DNA of 61,717 nucleotides from Clostridiaceae bacterium (GTDB lineage Bacteria; Bacillota; Clostridia; Christensenellales; CAG-138): NCBI GenBank assembly GCA_039683415.1, contig JBDKRL010000010.1, positions 1 to 61,717 of the forward strand, read 5' to 3'. Shown piece by piece: positions 1 to 9,748 of this stretch (position 1 is its first letter; each line of letters starts with the position of its first letter). The notes under the pieces were generated by a model. It saw only the letters and a program-made list of their open reading frames with translations, ran no database searches and was not told where the DNA came from. The position numbers and the translations under genes were made by a program.

Positions 1-176
1 CGAGGCCGCGCTTCTCTATCTCAACAAGCGCACCGAAGACCGTGCGGATCGCGGTGTGCTCGGTACGCAACAGGCGTAGTTCGGTAAAAGAAACGAAAAA
101 CAGGCGGGATGTATGAAACATCCCGCCAGTTTATTTATACAGATAAATTTTGACATCAGTTGTGCACTTTTTTTGA

Positions 177-425
177 CATCAGTCGCGCGCCGCTACATAC
201 ACAAAGGAATACCTCGCGAAGCTATTTAAAAAAGAGATGGGGATATCGGTCAGCGACTATATTCTCAAGGCACGTATTGACGAGGCGAAGGATCTGTTTG
301 CGCAGGGGCGTTCCTGCGGCGAGGTGACGCATTTGCTGGGGTTTTCGTCCCAGAGTTACTTCATCCGTCAGTTCAAGAAAACAACCGGCATGACGCCGAA
401 GCTGTTTATCAACGTCAATTCCTGA
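177..425 (+). pseudogene. AraC/XylS-family HTH domain remnant (C-terminal ~80 codons only; Met at 237 could give a 62-aa product)
   Basis: Translation ...EYLAKLFKKEMGISVSDYILKARIDEAKDLFAQG...SQSYFIRQFKKTTGMTPKLF matches the second helix-turn-helix of AraC-family regulators. The frame is open back only to a TGA at 174-176, so there is no N-terminal ligand/dimerisation domain. Direct repeat TTTTGACATCAGT x2 lies immediately upstream. Confidence 0.5.
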
Positions 426-506
426 CGCATTGTATAGCGTCAGATCTATGATGATAACACTGTAAAATTGCAGAATCATGAAAAAATACCGTAAATCTTC
501 CCGCGC

Positions 507-542
507 TATAGCATGATTGTGTGAAGAATCATGCTATTTTTT
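507..542 (+). terminator. Rho-independent terminator (11-bp perfect stem ATAGCATGATT / AATCATGCTAT, 8-nt loop, T6 tract)
   Basis: Inverted repeat read directly at 507-536 followed by TTTTTT at 537-542, downstream of the AraC-like fragment. Confidence 0.6.
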
Positions 543-783
543 GAAGAATCTTGATAGGAATCCAGACGATCGCTTGCTATGATAATCACATGCAGCCGTT
601 CGTTTATCCCGTTTTGTCTGAAATTGTTATCGCTGCAACTCTGCAAACTGCTTTCGCTTGACGAATTGTTTTATTAACAGGATTGAATTTGCTTCCGCTC
701 GATGTACTGTTTTTACGACGCAACTGAACTTTGCTTCCGCTTGACGGAAGAAGAAATAGACGACAAAGAAAGAAGATGGGACT

Positions 784-3528
784 ATGGCAACCGCAAAGGA
801 ACTCAGAAAGAACGTCTCCGCCGAGGTCAGTACGGAACGCGCGCGTAGAAAAGAACGCCGCAGGGTGATTCGCGCGCTGGCACCCAGCGAGCGCGCCGCG
901 GCGCTGTCCGCGGACAGAAAGGCGAAAAAAGAAGCGAAAAAGACACGGAAACTGGCCGTTCGCGCCATGGCAAAACCGGACAGGCGCACCGCCAAGCGCC
1001 ACGACAAACTCTTTCAGCGAATCTGGAATCGGCCGCGCCGCATCGTGATCTGGGCGGTCGTGCTCTGCCTGCTTGCGTTTGGCATTTACAGCGCTGCGCC
1101 GTACATTGGCGACTACGCGAGCCTGATGGGGCTCAAAATCGACTCAAACAACGCCGCGGGGGAAGCCGCGCGCGCAAACGGCGCGATTGTTGCGGAAGAG
1201 ATTTCGGACGAAGGCATCGTACTGCTAAAGAATACGGATGGACTGCTGCCGCTGACAAACGGAAAGGTCAACGTGTTCAGCTATGCCGCATACAACATCC
1301 GCTACGGTGGGAGCGGCTCCGGCGGAGCGGACGCGTCGAGCGCCGTGGATCTCTTTGAGGGACTGACCAACGCGGGCGTTTCGTACAACGAAACGCTGGA
1401 CGCCTTTTACCGCGCGCAGAAGGGAATCTCGCAAAAAGGCAGTTCAAACGGTCTTATCAGCGTCCTTTCCACCATGCTGATCGGAGAGGTAACGGACGAA
1501 CCAGCCATCGACTACCTCACCGACGACGTGCTCGCGCAGGCGAAGAGCTATTCGGACACGGCGATCGTGGTCATCGGCAGCGACGGGGTGGAAGCTTCGG
1601 ATTTCACGCTCGATGCGCTTGGACTGACGAAGAACCGCATCGACCTCTTCGACAAGGTTTGCGCGGCCTTCGATACCGTCATTGTTGTAGTCAACGCGGG
1701 CAACTCTATGGAACTCGGCTTTCTCGAACAGTATCCTTCCATTAAAGCGGCGCTCTGGATCGGGACCCCCGGCCCGTTTGGCTGCGACTCGCTCGGAAAG
1801 ATTCTCGCCGGCGAGGTTAACCCTTCCGGCCGTCTGGTGGACACGTACGCTTATGACGCGGGCAGCAGCCCCGCGAGCGTCAATTTTGGCGACTATCAAT
1901 ACGACAATATCGATGGTATGTCCTTTCTCAACTACAACGAGGGCATCTACGTCGGCTACCGCTATTACGAAACCCGATACCTGGGTGACGAAGCGGGCTA
2001 TCGAGCCGCCGTGCAGTTTCCGTTTGGCTACGGCCTGAGCTATACGACGTTCGACTGGGAGACGACGGACTTCACAAGCGATGATACTGCCGTCAGTGTG
2101 AGCGTTCAGGTAAAGAATACCGGTTCCGTAGCGGGCAAGGACGTCGTGGAGGTGTACTTCACCGCGCCCTATACGACGGGCGGCACCGAGAAATCCGCAA
2201 TCGAGCTCGCGGGCTATGCCAAGACGAACCTGCTCGCCCCGGGCGAAAGCCAGACGGTCAGCATTTGTTTCCCGCTGCGCGACATGTCCTCTTATGACAT
2301 GAACGATCAACAGGCGTATGTGCTCGACGCAGGCGAATACGCCGTCAAGATTGGGCGGAGCGTGCACGATATCGTGGATACGCAAATGCTCAGCGTGCCG
2401 GAGACAATCGTTTACAAGACGGACGACGTCACCGGCACCGAACTGAGCAACCTGTTTGGCTATGCGGACGGCGGCCTGACCTACTTGTCGCGGAGCGATT
2501 GGACGGGCAGTTACCCGAACAACGATACACTAAGTCATACCGCGTCCCAGGAGGTTTTGGATGGCGCGGCCGCGCAGAAGCCCGCCGCGGATACTACCTC
2601 CGCCATGCCGACGACCGGTGCGGACAACGGCATTCTGCTCAAAGATCTCAAGGGGCTGGATTATGACGACGAGAAATGGCAGGCGTTCCTTGACCAGTTC
2701 ACCGTTGACGAACTGAAGGAAGTCTTCGTCAACGCGGCGTACCGAACGGTTGCCATCGAGCGCGTCGGCCTGCCGCAGATCATTTTGCTGGACGGTCCGG
2801 CGGGTATCAATGCGCTGTTCAGCAAAGTAACCGCCATGTCGTATCCAACCGAGGTTGTCATCGCATCCACATGGAACGACGATCTGACCTACCGCATGGG
2901 CGAGGCGGTCGGCGCGGAGGCAAATGCGTATGGCGTGACCGGCTGGTACGCACCGGGCATGAACCTGCACCGTACGCCGCAGGGCGGGCGCAACTTCGAG
3001 TATTTCTCGGAAGACCCGCTGCTTTCCGGCAAGATTGCCGCAAATATGGTCTCGGGCGCGGAAAGTAAACATATTCTGGTAACGATGAAGCATTTCGCGC
3101 TTAATGAGCAGGAAACCAACGCACGCTCGGGCATCTATGTCTGGGCAAACGAACAGGCGATTCGAGAACTGTATCTGCGTCCGTTTGAAATCACGGTCAA
3201 AGAAGGGCACGTCAACGGTGCGATGTCGAGCTTTATCCACATTGGCTATAAGTGGAGCGGCGGAAATCCCGAACTGCTGAACCAGGTTTTGCGCAACGAA
3301 TGGGGATTTACCGGCTTTGTCACGACGGACGCGGTACTTGGCAAATTCATGGACGCAAACCTCGCGCTGCATAACGGCAACGACCTCATGCTCACCGTGA
3401 TGCCGACGAACAACCGGCGCTACCTGAATGAACTCTATGCCGAAGACCCGGTTGGCGTAACAAAGGGTCTTCGCGAGCGGGTTCACAACTTCTGCTACGC
3501 GCTTGTCAACGATACGGATCTCTTTTGA
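784..3528 (+). CDS. Glycoside hydrolase family 3 (beta-glucosidase/beta-xylosidase-like), circularly permuted domain order, N-terminal polybasic tail plus single TM anchor
   Basis: The first ~80 aa are K/R-rich, then TM IVIWAVVLCLLAFGIYSAA. The GH3 C-terminal-type alpha/beta sandwich (LLKNTDGLLPL...VVIGSDG) comes first, then the Fn3-like region, then the GH3 N-terminal TIM-barrel motifs (ILLDGPAGI, GRNFEYFSEDPLLSG, KHFALNEQETNR, GFVTTD). Confidence 0.85.
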   Translation: MATAKELRKNVSAEVSTERARRKERRRVIRALAPSERAAALSADRKAKKEAKKTRKLAVRAMAKPDRRTAKRHDKLFQRIWNRPRRIVIWAVVLCLLAFGIYSAAPYIGDYASLMGLKIDSNNAAGEAARANGAIVAEEISDEGIVLLKNTDGLLPLTNGKVNVFSYAAYNIRYGGSGSGGADASSAVDLFEGLTNAGVSYNETLDAFYRAQKGISQKGSSNGLISVLSTMLIGEVTDEPAIDYLTDDVLAQAKSYSDTAIVVIGSDGVEASDFTLDALGLTKNRIDLFDKVCAAFDTVIVVVNAGNSMELGFLEQYPSIKAALWIGTPGPFGCDSLGKILAGEVNPSGRLVDTYAYDAGSSPASVNFGDYQYDNIDGMSFLNYNEGIYVGYRYYETRYLGDEAGYRAAVQFPFGYGLSYTTFDWETTDFTSDDTAVSVSVQVKNTGSVAGKDVVEVYFTAPYTTGGTEKSAIELAGYAKTNLLAPGESQTVSICFPLRDMSSYDMNDQQAYVLDAGEYAVKIGRSVHDIVDTQMLSVPETIVYKTDDVTGTELSNLFGYADGGLTYLSRSDWTGSYPNNDTLSHTASQEVLDGAAAQKPAADTTSAMPTTGADNGILLKDLKGLDYDDEKWQAFLDQFTVDELKEVFVNAAYRTVAIERVGLPQIILLDGPAGINALFSKVTAMSYPTEVVIASTWNDDLTYRMGEAVGAEANAYGVTGWYAPGMNLHRTPQGGRNFEYFSEDPLLSGKIAANMVSGAESKHILVTMKHFALNEQETNARSGIYVWANEQAIRELYLRPFEITVKEGHVNGAMSSFIHIGYKWSGGNPELLNQVLRNEWGFTGFVTTDAVLGKFMDANLALHNGNDLMLTVMPTNNRRYLNELYAEDPVGVTKGLRERVHNFCYALVNDTDLF

Positions 3529-3551
3529 GCGTGGCAGCCGGCAAGGAAAGA

Positions 3552-5978
3552 ATGAAACAACTTCAATACACTGAATTACTGGAACGCATGACGCTGGAGG
3601 AGAAAGCCTCGCTGCTGTCCGGCGCAAACTTCTGGAATACCAAGCCGGTCGACCGGCTTGGTATTCCCTCCATCCTGCTGACGGACGGTCCGCACGGCCT
3701 GCGCAAGCAGGGCGGGAAGGCGGATCATCTCGGGCTGAACAAGAGTATCCCGGCGACCTGCTTCCCAACCGCCTCCGCACTGGCCAACAGCTGGGATGTC
3801 GAATTGCTGGAGCACATCGGTGCTTGCCTCGGTGAGGAAGCCGCGGCGGAGGGCGTAGGCGTACTGCTCGGTCCCGGGCTGAACTGCAAGCGAAATCCGC
3901 TCTGCGGGCGGAACTTCGAATATTTTTCGGAGGATCCGTACCTATCCGGAAAGCTCGCCGCCGCGATGGTACGCGGCATCCAGTCGCAGGGCGTCTCCGC
4001 GTGCCCCAAGCATTACGCCGTCAATAGTCAGGAAACGCGGCGCATGGTGATCGACGAAGTGGTGGACGAGCGTGCCCTGCGGGAAATTTACCTTGAGGGT
4101 TTCCGTTACGCGGTGACCGAGGGCAAGCCCGGAACAATCATGAGTTCGTATAACCGCGTCAACGGCGCTTACGCAAATGAGAACACGCATCTGATGCGGG
4201 ATATTCTATACGGCGAGTGGGATTACGACGGTGTCGTCGTGACCGACTGGGGCGGAGAGAACGACCGCGTCGCGGGGCTGATTGCCGGGAACCAACTGGA
4301 GATGCCGTCCAGCGCGGGCATGACCGACCGCGAGGTTGTCGCCGCCGTGGAAAGCGGCGCGCTTGATCAGGCGCTGCTTGATGAACGCGTGGACAGCCTG
4401 TTGCGGCTTGTGTTTGAGGTAAGAAAAGAAGCGCGCCCAGCGGATGCGGGCATGATGAAGGAACACCGAAAAGCGGCTCTGGAAGCCGCGCGGCGCTCCG
4501 CAGTCCTCGTGAAAAACGAAGGCGGCGTACTGCCGCTGGCAAACGGGACGCGTGTTGCGGTAATCGGCGACTTTGCGAAGCGGCCGCGTTATCAGGGAGC
4601 GGGCAGTTCGCTGATCGTTCCGACGCGGCTGAAAAGCGCGCTTGACGCGCTGAAACAATCGGAATTGGAGATCATTGGCTGCGAGGCCGGGTTTCGCCGC
4701 TTTGGCGGCGCGGATGCACGTAAACTGCGAAAAGCGGCAGCGCTCGCGCGCCGCGCGGACGTGGCGCTGGTGTTCCTCGGCCTGGACGAAGGCAGCGAAG
4801 CGGAGGGCGTTGACCGGACGCATCTGCGCTTGCCTGAAAACCAGATCGCGCTTCTTCACGCGATACGCGCGGCATGCGGGCAGGTTGTCGTCATTCTGGC
4901 AAACGGAGCGCCGGTTGAGACCAACTGGTCAGCGGACGCGAACGCGGTGCTGCTGGGCTATCTTGGCGGACAGGAAGGCGGCAGGGCGATTGCCGATCTT
5001 GTAACGGGGAAGGCTGCGCCAAGCGGCAAACTTGCCGAGACCTATCCGGTCTCGTATGCGGACATACCCACCGCCGGGATTTTCCCGGGGGAGACGCGCG
5101 CCGAACACCGCGAGAGCATTTTTGTCGGTTACCGGTACTTTGACACGGCAAAAAAAAACGTCGCGTGGCCGTTTGGGTTTGGACTGACATATACGACGTT
5201 TTCCTGCGACGAGCTTCGTGTCGAAGGAAATGAAGTGCGTTTTTTCGTGCGGAACACGGGGGACCGTGCAGGTGCTGAGATCGTACAGGTGTACATTTCC
5301 AAGCAGGGCAGCGCGGTGTTTCGCGCCGAACAGGAACTCAAGGGATTTGCGCGCGTTTGGCTGGAGCCCGGCGAACGCAAACCTGTTGTGATCCGGCTGG
5401 ACGAACACGCGTTTGCCTATTTTCATACAGCGGTCAACGCTTGGATCGAGGAACCGGGGGAATACGAAATTCGTGTCGGCGCGTCTTCCCGAGACGTCCG
5501 CCTGAAAACGACGGTTGACCGCCCGGGCATGCCCGCGTCCGCGCCTTACGATCAAAACAAGCTGCCGCACTATTTTAACGCGGATGTCGCGAATGTTTCA
5601 GATGCGGAATTTTTCGCGCTGATTGGAGGCGAACCCGTAAAGACCGATTTCGATCCGGCGGGAGCGCTGGGGTATGGGGATACAATCTGGCAGGGGCGGA
5701 ACAGGAAGGGTCTCGCGCGGCTACTATACCGGCTTATTCTGATTGTCCGCCGACTATTTTTTTTGCTCGGCAGGCCGATTGCTGCGAACAATGTGATGTT
5801 TGCCATGCATCTGCCGTTTCGCTCAATGGCGCGTATGTCTGGCGGAAGAGTAGATATGGCGATGCTGGACGGCATCCTTGTGGTGGTCAACGGACGTTTT
5901 TGGGCGGGACTGTGGCAGACGCTGCGCGCTTGGAACGCCAAGAAACGCGCGGAAAGGACGGCGGCGAATGGAAACTGA
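3552..5978 (+). CDS. Glycoside hydrolase family 3 beta-glucosidase (canonical domain order)
   Basis: MKQLQYTELLERMTLEEKASLL start, LLTDGPHGLRKQ, GRNFEYFSEDPYLSG, KHYAVNSQETRR, nucleophile motif VVTDWGG, C-terminal GH3 domain and Fn3-like domain. RBS AAGGAAAG precedes ATG 3552. The ORF-track start 3525 is a TTG extension that overlaps the upstream stop. Confidence 0.85.
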   Translation: MKQLQYTELLERMTLEEKASLLSGANFWNTKPVDRLGIPSILLTDGPHGLRKQGGKADHLGLNKSIPATCFPTASALANSWDVELLEHIGACLGEEAAAEGVGVLLGPGLNCKRNPLCGRNFEYFSEDPYLSGKLAAAMVRGIQSQGVSACPKHYAVNSQETRRMVIDEVVDERALREIYLEGFRYAVTEGKPGTIMSSYNRVNGAYANENTHLMRDILYGEWDYDGVVVTDWGGENDRVAGLIAGNQLEMPSSAGMTDREVVAAVESGALDQALLDERVDSLLRLVFEVRKEARPADAGMMKEHRKAALEAARRSAVLVKNEGGVLPLANGTRVAVIGDFAKRPRYQGAGSSLIVPTRLKSALDALKQSELEIIGCEAGFRRFGGADARKLRKAAALARRADVALVFLGLDEGSEAEGVDRTHLRLPENQIALLHAIRAACGQVVVILANGAPVETNWSADANAVLLGYLGGQEGGRAIADLVTGKAAPSGKLAETYPVSYADIPTAGIFPGETRAEHRESIFVGYRYFDTAKKNVAWPFGFGLTYTTFSCDELRVEGNEVRFFVRNTGDRAGAEIVQVYISKQGSAVFRAEQELKGFARVWLEPGERKPVVIRLDEHAFAYFHTAVNAWIEEPGEYEIRVGASSRDVRLKTTVDRPGMPASAPYDQNKLPHYFNADVANVSDAEFFALIGGEPVKTDFDPAGALGYGDTIWQGRNRKGLARLLYRLILIVRRLFFLLGRPIAANNVMFAMHLPFRSMARMSGGRVDMAMLDGILVVVNGRFWAGLWQTLRAWNAKKRAERTAANGN

Positions 5979-6489
5979 ACCCCAAAGCGGATTTCTTCGC
6001 TGGAAAGCCCAAAATGCTGGGCTCTGGCAGTTCATTATGTTTATAATGATGAGCGGAGTCACCACGCTGGTCGACCTCGGCACGTTTGTGCTCTTCAACT
6101 TCTGGCTGCTCGCGCCGTATCGGGAGCAGGCGTTTTTCTGGGGACCGTTTCGGTATTCCGTACAGAGCGGCGGGTTGACCGCGTTCGGTGCGTTCGCGGC
6201 GTCGTTTGCCGTGTCGCAGACATTCAACTTCTTCCTGCAGCGAAAGACGACGTTCAAGGCAAACACCAACGTAGCCTTGAGCGCCGTGATGTACGCGGTC
6301 ATGGTGATTGGCGTATATGCCCTGCAGCTTTATCTGCCGGTGATCATGCGCGCACAGATTGTCGTGCTGCTTGGCACTGCAATGGGGGACGTCGCAATGA
6401 AACTCATCAACATGACGATCTCCATGCTGATTCAGTTTCCAATGAATAAATACGTGATCATGAGAAGGTCAAAGCCTTTGCGGGGATAA
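5968..6489 (+). CDS. GtrA-family polysaccharide-synthesis membrane protein
   Basis: ~173 aa with four predicted TM helices and the typical GtrA region (FNFFLQRKTTFK, FPMNKYVIM). ATG 5968 overlaps the GH3 stop by 11 nt. Confidence 0.6.
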   Translation: METEPQSGFLRWKAQNAGLWQFIMFIMMSGVTTLVDLGTFVLFNFWLLAPYREQAFFWGPFRYSVQSGGLTAFGAFAASFAVSQTFNFFLQRKTTFKANTNVALSAVMYAVMVIGVYALQLYLPVIMRAQIVVLLGTAMGDVAMKLINMTISMLIQFPMNKYVIMRRSKPLRG

Positions 6490-6653
6490 CATGATCCGTT
6501 TCTGAGCGATATCAAAACGAGATAACCATCACACACAATCGCCCCGGAATGAATCAACAATGGTCAAAAGACGGCAACGCCGGATGCGCGGGTCAGTTCA
6601 ACCGGCATTCGGCGTGTTTGCGCGTTATGAGAATGGAGTCCTGCTTTTGCTCC

Positions 6654-6690
6654 AAAAAGGCCGTTCGGACCGCTCCGAACGGCCTTTACT
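6654..6690. terminator. Bidirectional intrinsic terminator hairpin between convergent genes
   Basis: GGCCGTTCGGA ccgc TCCGAACGGCC stem flanked by A5 on the left and T3 on the right. The T tract is stronger on the minus strand (TTTTTGG). Confidence 0.5.
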
Positions 6691-6711
6691 TGAGTGCGAG
6701 TAATCGAGAGT

Positions 6712-6782
6712 AAAAACCGACCTGCAATAAACGGATGATCAATTTTCAGCTGTCAGCCACCGATTGCAGGTTTACACCGGGT
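6712..6782 (-). terminator. Possible second minus-strand terminator (9-bp stem ACCTGCAAT/ATTGCAGGT, long loop, T5 tract)
   Basis: Inverted repeat seen in sequence. On the minus strand the stem is followed by CGGTTTTT. Confidence 0.35.
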
Positions 6783-6850
6783 ATATATTGCGTGAGAGGT
6801 TTGTGCATCACAGCCGCACAGAATGCGCGTGGCAGCAACGATAACGCGCG

Positions 6851-8188
6851 CTAGGAACGCATGGAGCGGATCAGCTCAAGAACCGCGTCTACCATGTGCC
6901 TGCCGAACGCCTCGCCCAGCATGGACGTATCGGTTTCGTAGCCACCGGAAACGAGCGATTCGGGCGTGTATAAGTACCCCGGCAGGCAGCCGTTGGTGAG
7001 CGCATTGAAGATCACCTTGCCGTAACCCGCCATCGCCTTGACATACAGCCCGTATTCAACGAATACTTCGCCCGGTACGCCGACAATGCAGGTATCCCCA
7101 AGCTGGATCACCTGTATTTCCGCGGGGGCTTCGTCCGCTTCCAGACTGATGCGAACGCCCTCGGCATGTAGCTTGACATACGCAAGCTGGTCTTCCGAAC
7201 CGAGCGTTTTGAGGTTAGCGTTTTGCCAGAGGTAATACTCTTCGCGGTTCTTGGACTGCCCGTATTTGGCGTAGAGTTCACGATAGCGCGCGGTGTCCTC
7301 TTCAACCCGGCGCTCCAGCTCCTCAACGGAGCCGAAGGAGCGGATTTCAAGCGGCACTTCACCCTGCTTGACCGTAATGGGCAGTTCGCTTATCCAGACG
7401 GCATGTTCGAGCGTCGCATAGGCAGCTTTGCCAATCGTGCGCCCGACGCGTTCCGCTTCGTCGTAGCTTTCGCCCTGCCGGTAATAGCGGCTGGACTGGT
7501 TGCCGCTCGCGCCCTGAGAAAAGCCGATCACCGCGCTGCTTTCCCGCTCGCTGAGCTCGGCGCGCAGGTAGCAGGGGTAGTCCGCCGTAACGAGCGTGCT
7601 CCATTCGTGGATAAACGTCGGGTGGAGCGTGTAGTTGACGAAGATGCCGCGAATCACTTGATCGGAGGAGCGCACCGCGAGCACGCTGACCAGCGGATCG
7701 TGCGGCCCGCCCGGAATACGGCGGTTGCCGCCGACGCCGCTTTCCGCGCCGCACATGGCAAGGCAGCTCGTAAACTCGGCGGAAAACGCGCTTCGCTTTG
7801 CGTTTGAGATGACGGAAACGATGGTATCGATCAGCCAGTTGACGTATTCCGGGTTTTCCTGCTTGCCCTGCTCCAGGCTTTCCACGTCCAGCCTGCCCGC
7901 CGCCCAGGGGCCGGAATGCGTATGCGAGCAGCTGATCATGACATTGCCGCCCGGAATGCTGCAGGCAGTTTCCGCCAGTTCCCGCACGCGAGAGACATAG
8001 CGTTTGGAGAGAAACAGCAGGTCCAGCGTAACGAGCGCAGCCTGGTTTTCGCCGTTATCGAGGTAAAGGCAGGCGGCATACAACGGGTCGTGCACGCCCG
8101 TATTGTTGCGCGGATAATGCGGATAACCGCCCAGCTCCTCACCGGGTTTCGGGGAAATATCCGCAATCGCGGTTCCGGCACATAACAT
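6851..8188 (-). CDS. Neutral/alkaline ceramidase-like hydrolase (N-terminal ceramidase domain family)
   Basis: AGTAIADISPKPGEELGGY...ALVTLDLL...NVMISCSHTHSGP matches the conserved N-terminal motifs of neutral ceramidases. ATG at 8188 with an AAGAGG RBS is preferred; a TTG at 8194 is an alternative. Confidence 0.55.
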   Translation of the reverse strand: MLCAGTAIADISPKPGEELGGYPHYPRNNTGVHDPLYAACLYLDNGENQAALVTLDLLFLSKRYVSRVRELAETACSIPGGNVMISCSHTHSGPWAAGRLDVESLEQGKQENPEYVNWLIDTIVSVISNAKRSAFSAEFTSCLAMCGAESGVGGNRRIPGGPHDPLVSVLAVRSSDQVIRGIFVNYTLHPTFIHEWSTLVTADYPCYLRAELSERESSAVIGFSQGASGNQSSRYYRQGESYDEAERVGRTIGKAAYATLEHAVWISELPITVKQGEVPLEIRSFGSVEELERRVEEDTARYRELYAKYGQSKNREEYYLWQNANLKTLGSEDQLAYVKLHAEGVRISLEADEAPAEIQVIQLGDTCIVGVPGEVFVEYGLYVKAMAGYGKVIFNALTNGCLPGYLYTPESLVSGGYETDTSMLGEAFGRHMVDAVLELIRSMRS

Positions 8189-8232
8189 AATCAATCAACC
8201 TCTTTTCTGAATGGATCGTATTTCAAACGTAG

Positions 8233-9696
8233 TTATTCGCCATCCTGCGCCCAGAGCCGCCGCTCAATACCGCGGTAACGGGCGTATGCTACGGCGTACG
8301 CGTTTGCGCGCTCGCCGGGAAGGTATGTTTGTTTGATCGGGAGGCCGGGGGGATCTTCGCGGCTGAACGCGCCGGTACCGATTCCGGCAAGGATCGCAGC
8401 CCCCGCGCCTGCGGCTTCCGCAAGGCATGGCACTTGAATCGCAAGACCCGTAATATCCGCGATGATCTGGCACCAGAGTTCGCTCTTTGCCCCGCCGCCA
8501 AATAGAATCAGCGACATTTCGCCGTCCAGCGCATGCATGGCTTCCAGCATGCTGCGGATCTGGTATGCCACGCCCTCCATCACTGCCAGCGCGAAGTCCC
8601 CGCGCGTCGTACCGAGCGAAGCGCCGACAAAACTCCCCTGCGAGTTGGGGTAGTTATGCGGGTTGCTGGGTCCGGTCAGATAGGGGTAAAAAAACAGGGC
8701 GGGTTGCGTGCTCAGCGCTTTGGCCGCTTCATGATCGAGAATATCGTACCCGCAGCCGGGATACATTAAGTCTCTGAGCCAGCGGAGGCTGACCGCGGCG
8801 GTGTTGATGACGCCTTCGTTGACGCATGCGTTTGGACGAATATACGCCGACCACCCGATGCGCAGGTCGCCCTCGGTCTGCGCCGTTTCCCGCAGTACGC
8901 CAATCGCCCCGGCGGTACCGAGCGATATGGTTGCCACATCCCGCCTCAGCCCGACACCAAGGGAGGCGCAGCGCTGATCCTGCGCGCCAACGGCCACCAC
9001 GCAGTTTTTCCGCAGCCCAAGCCGCTCGGCTACTTCCGGCAGCACGGTTCCGGCGGTTTCTCCGGCCCAGCGGAGTTCAGGCAGCAGGCGTTCGGAAAGG
9101 CCGCAGCGCGCGAGGAGTGGGGCGCTCCACTTCTGTTGATGAATGTCGTACAGCAGCGTGCCGGAGGCCATCGTGTGGTCGGTCACGCAAACGCCTGTGA
9201 GCTTGGCAGCCAGAAAGTCCATCGGCATGACGAATTTCCAGGTTTTTTGAAAGACTTCCGGTTCATTCTCCCGAATCCAGAGGATTTTACACGCGGCGTA
9301 CGCGGCGTATATGCTTTTTCCGGTTTGACGGAACATCTCCTGCGAGCCGATTTCGCGCTCCAGAAACGCCGCCTGTTCATTGGCGCGCGCATCCAGCCAG
9401 CTGATTGCGTTGCGCAGGGGTTCAAAATGTTTATTAATCGGAACGATGGTGATGCCCTGCGAGCTGATGCCGATGGCGTCGATTGCCTGCCCGGTCAGGC
9501 CGGAAGCGGAAATGGCGCGCAGCGAAGTTTCCAGCGCGAGTTCCCACCAGAGATTCGCGTCCTGCTCGACCCAGTGTTCGCGCGGCGTCATCAGGCCGTA
9601 TTCGATATAGCTGTCCGAAAGCTGCCGGAGCGAGCCATCGAACAATATGCTGCGGCAGCCGGTGGTGCCGAGGTCGATTGCCAGATAACAGGACAT
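8233..9696 (-). CDS. FGGY-family carbohydrate kinase (xylulokinase/fuculokinase-like)
   Basis: MSCYLAIDLGTTGCRSILFD N-terminal actin-fold motif, with FGGY N- and C-domain conservation (GTSxxxG-type). GGAGGA RBS before ATG 9696. The ORF-track N-terminal extension to 9828 is unlikely. Confidence 0.8.
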   Translation of the reverse strand: MSCYLAIDLGTTGCRSILFDGSLRQLSDSYIEYGLMTPREHWVEQDANLWWELALETSLRAISASGLTGQAIDAIGISSQGITIVPINKHFEPLRNAISWLDARANEQAAFLEREIGSQEMFRQTGKSIYAAYAACKILWIRENEPEVFQKTWKFVMPMDFLAAKLTGVCVTDHTMASGTLLYDIHQQKWSAPLLARCGLSERLLPELRWAGETAGTVLPEVAERLGLRKNCVVAVGAQDQRCASLGVGLRRDVATISLGTAGAIGVLRETAQTEGDLRIGWSAYIRPNACVNEGVINTAAVSLRWLRDLMYPGCGYDILDHEAAKALSTQPALFFYPYLTGPSNPHNYPNSQGSFVGASLGTTRGDFALAVMEGVAYQIRSMLEAMHALDGEMSLILFGGGAKSELWCQIIADITGLAIQVPCLAEAAGAGAAILAGIGTGAFSREDPPGLPIKQTYLPGERANAYAVAYARYRGIERRLWAQDGE

Positions 9697-9748
9697 GCGC
9701 TGCTTCCTCCGTTTCGCCGGACGCTGGCGGCAGAAATTCGATGCTGGT

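Noticed and set aside
1444-5570. Several 200-400-aa minus-strand ORFs (1444-2385, 2530-3780, 4206-4859, 4929-5570)
   Set aside because: All are antisense to the two GH3 genes, which carry complete conserved GH3 motifs.
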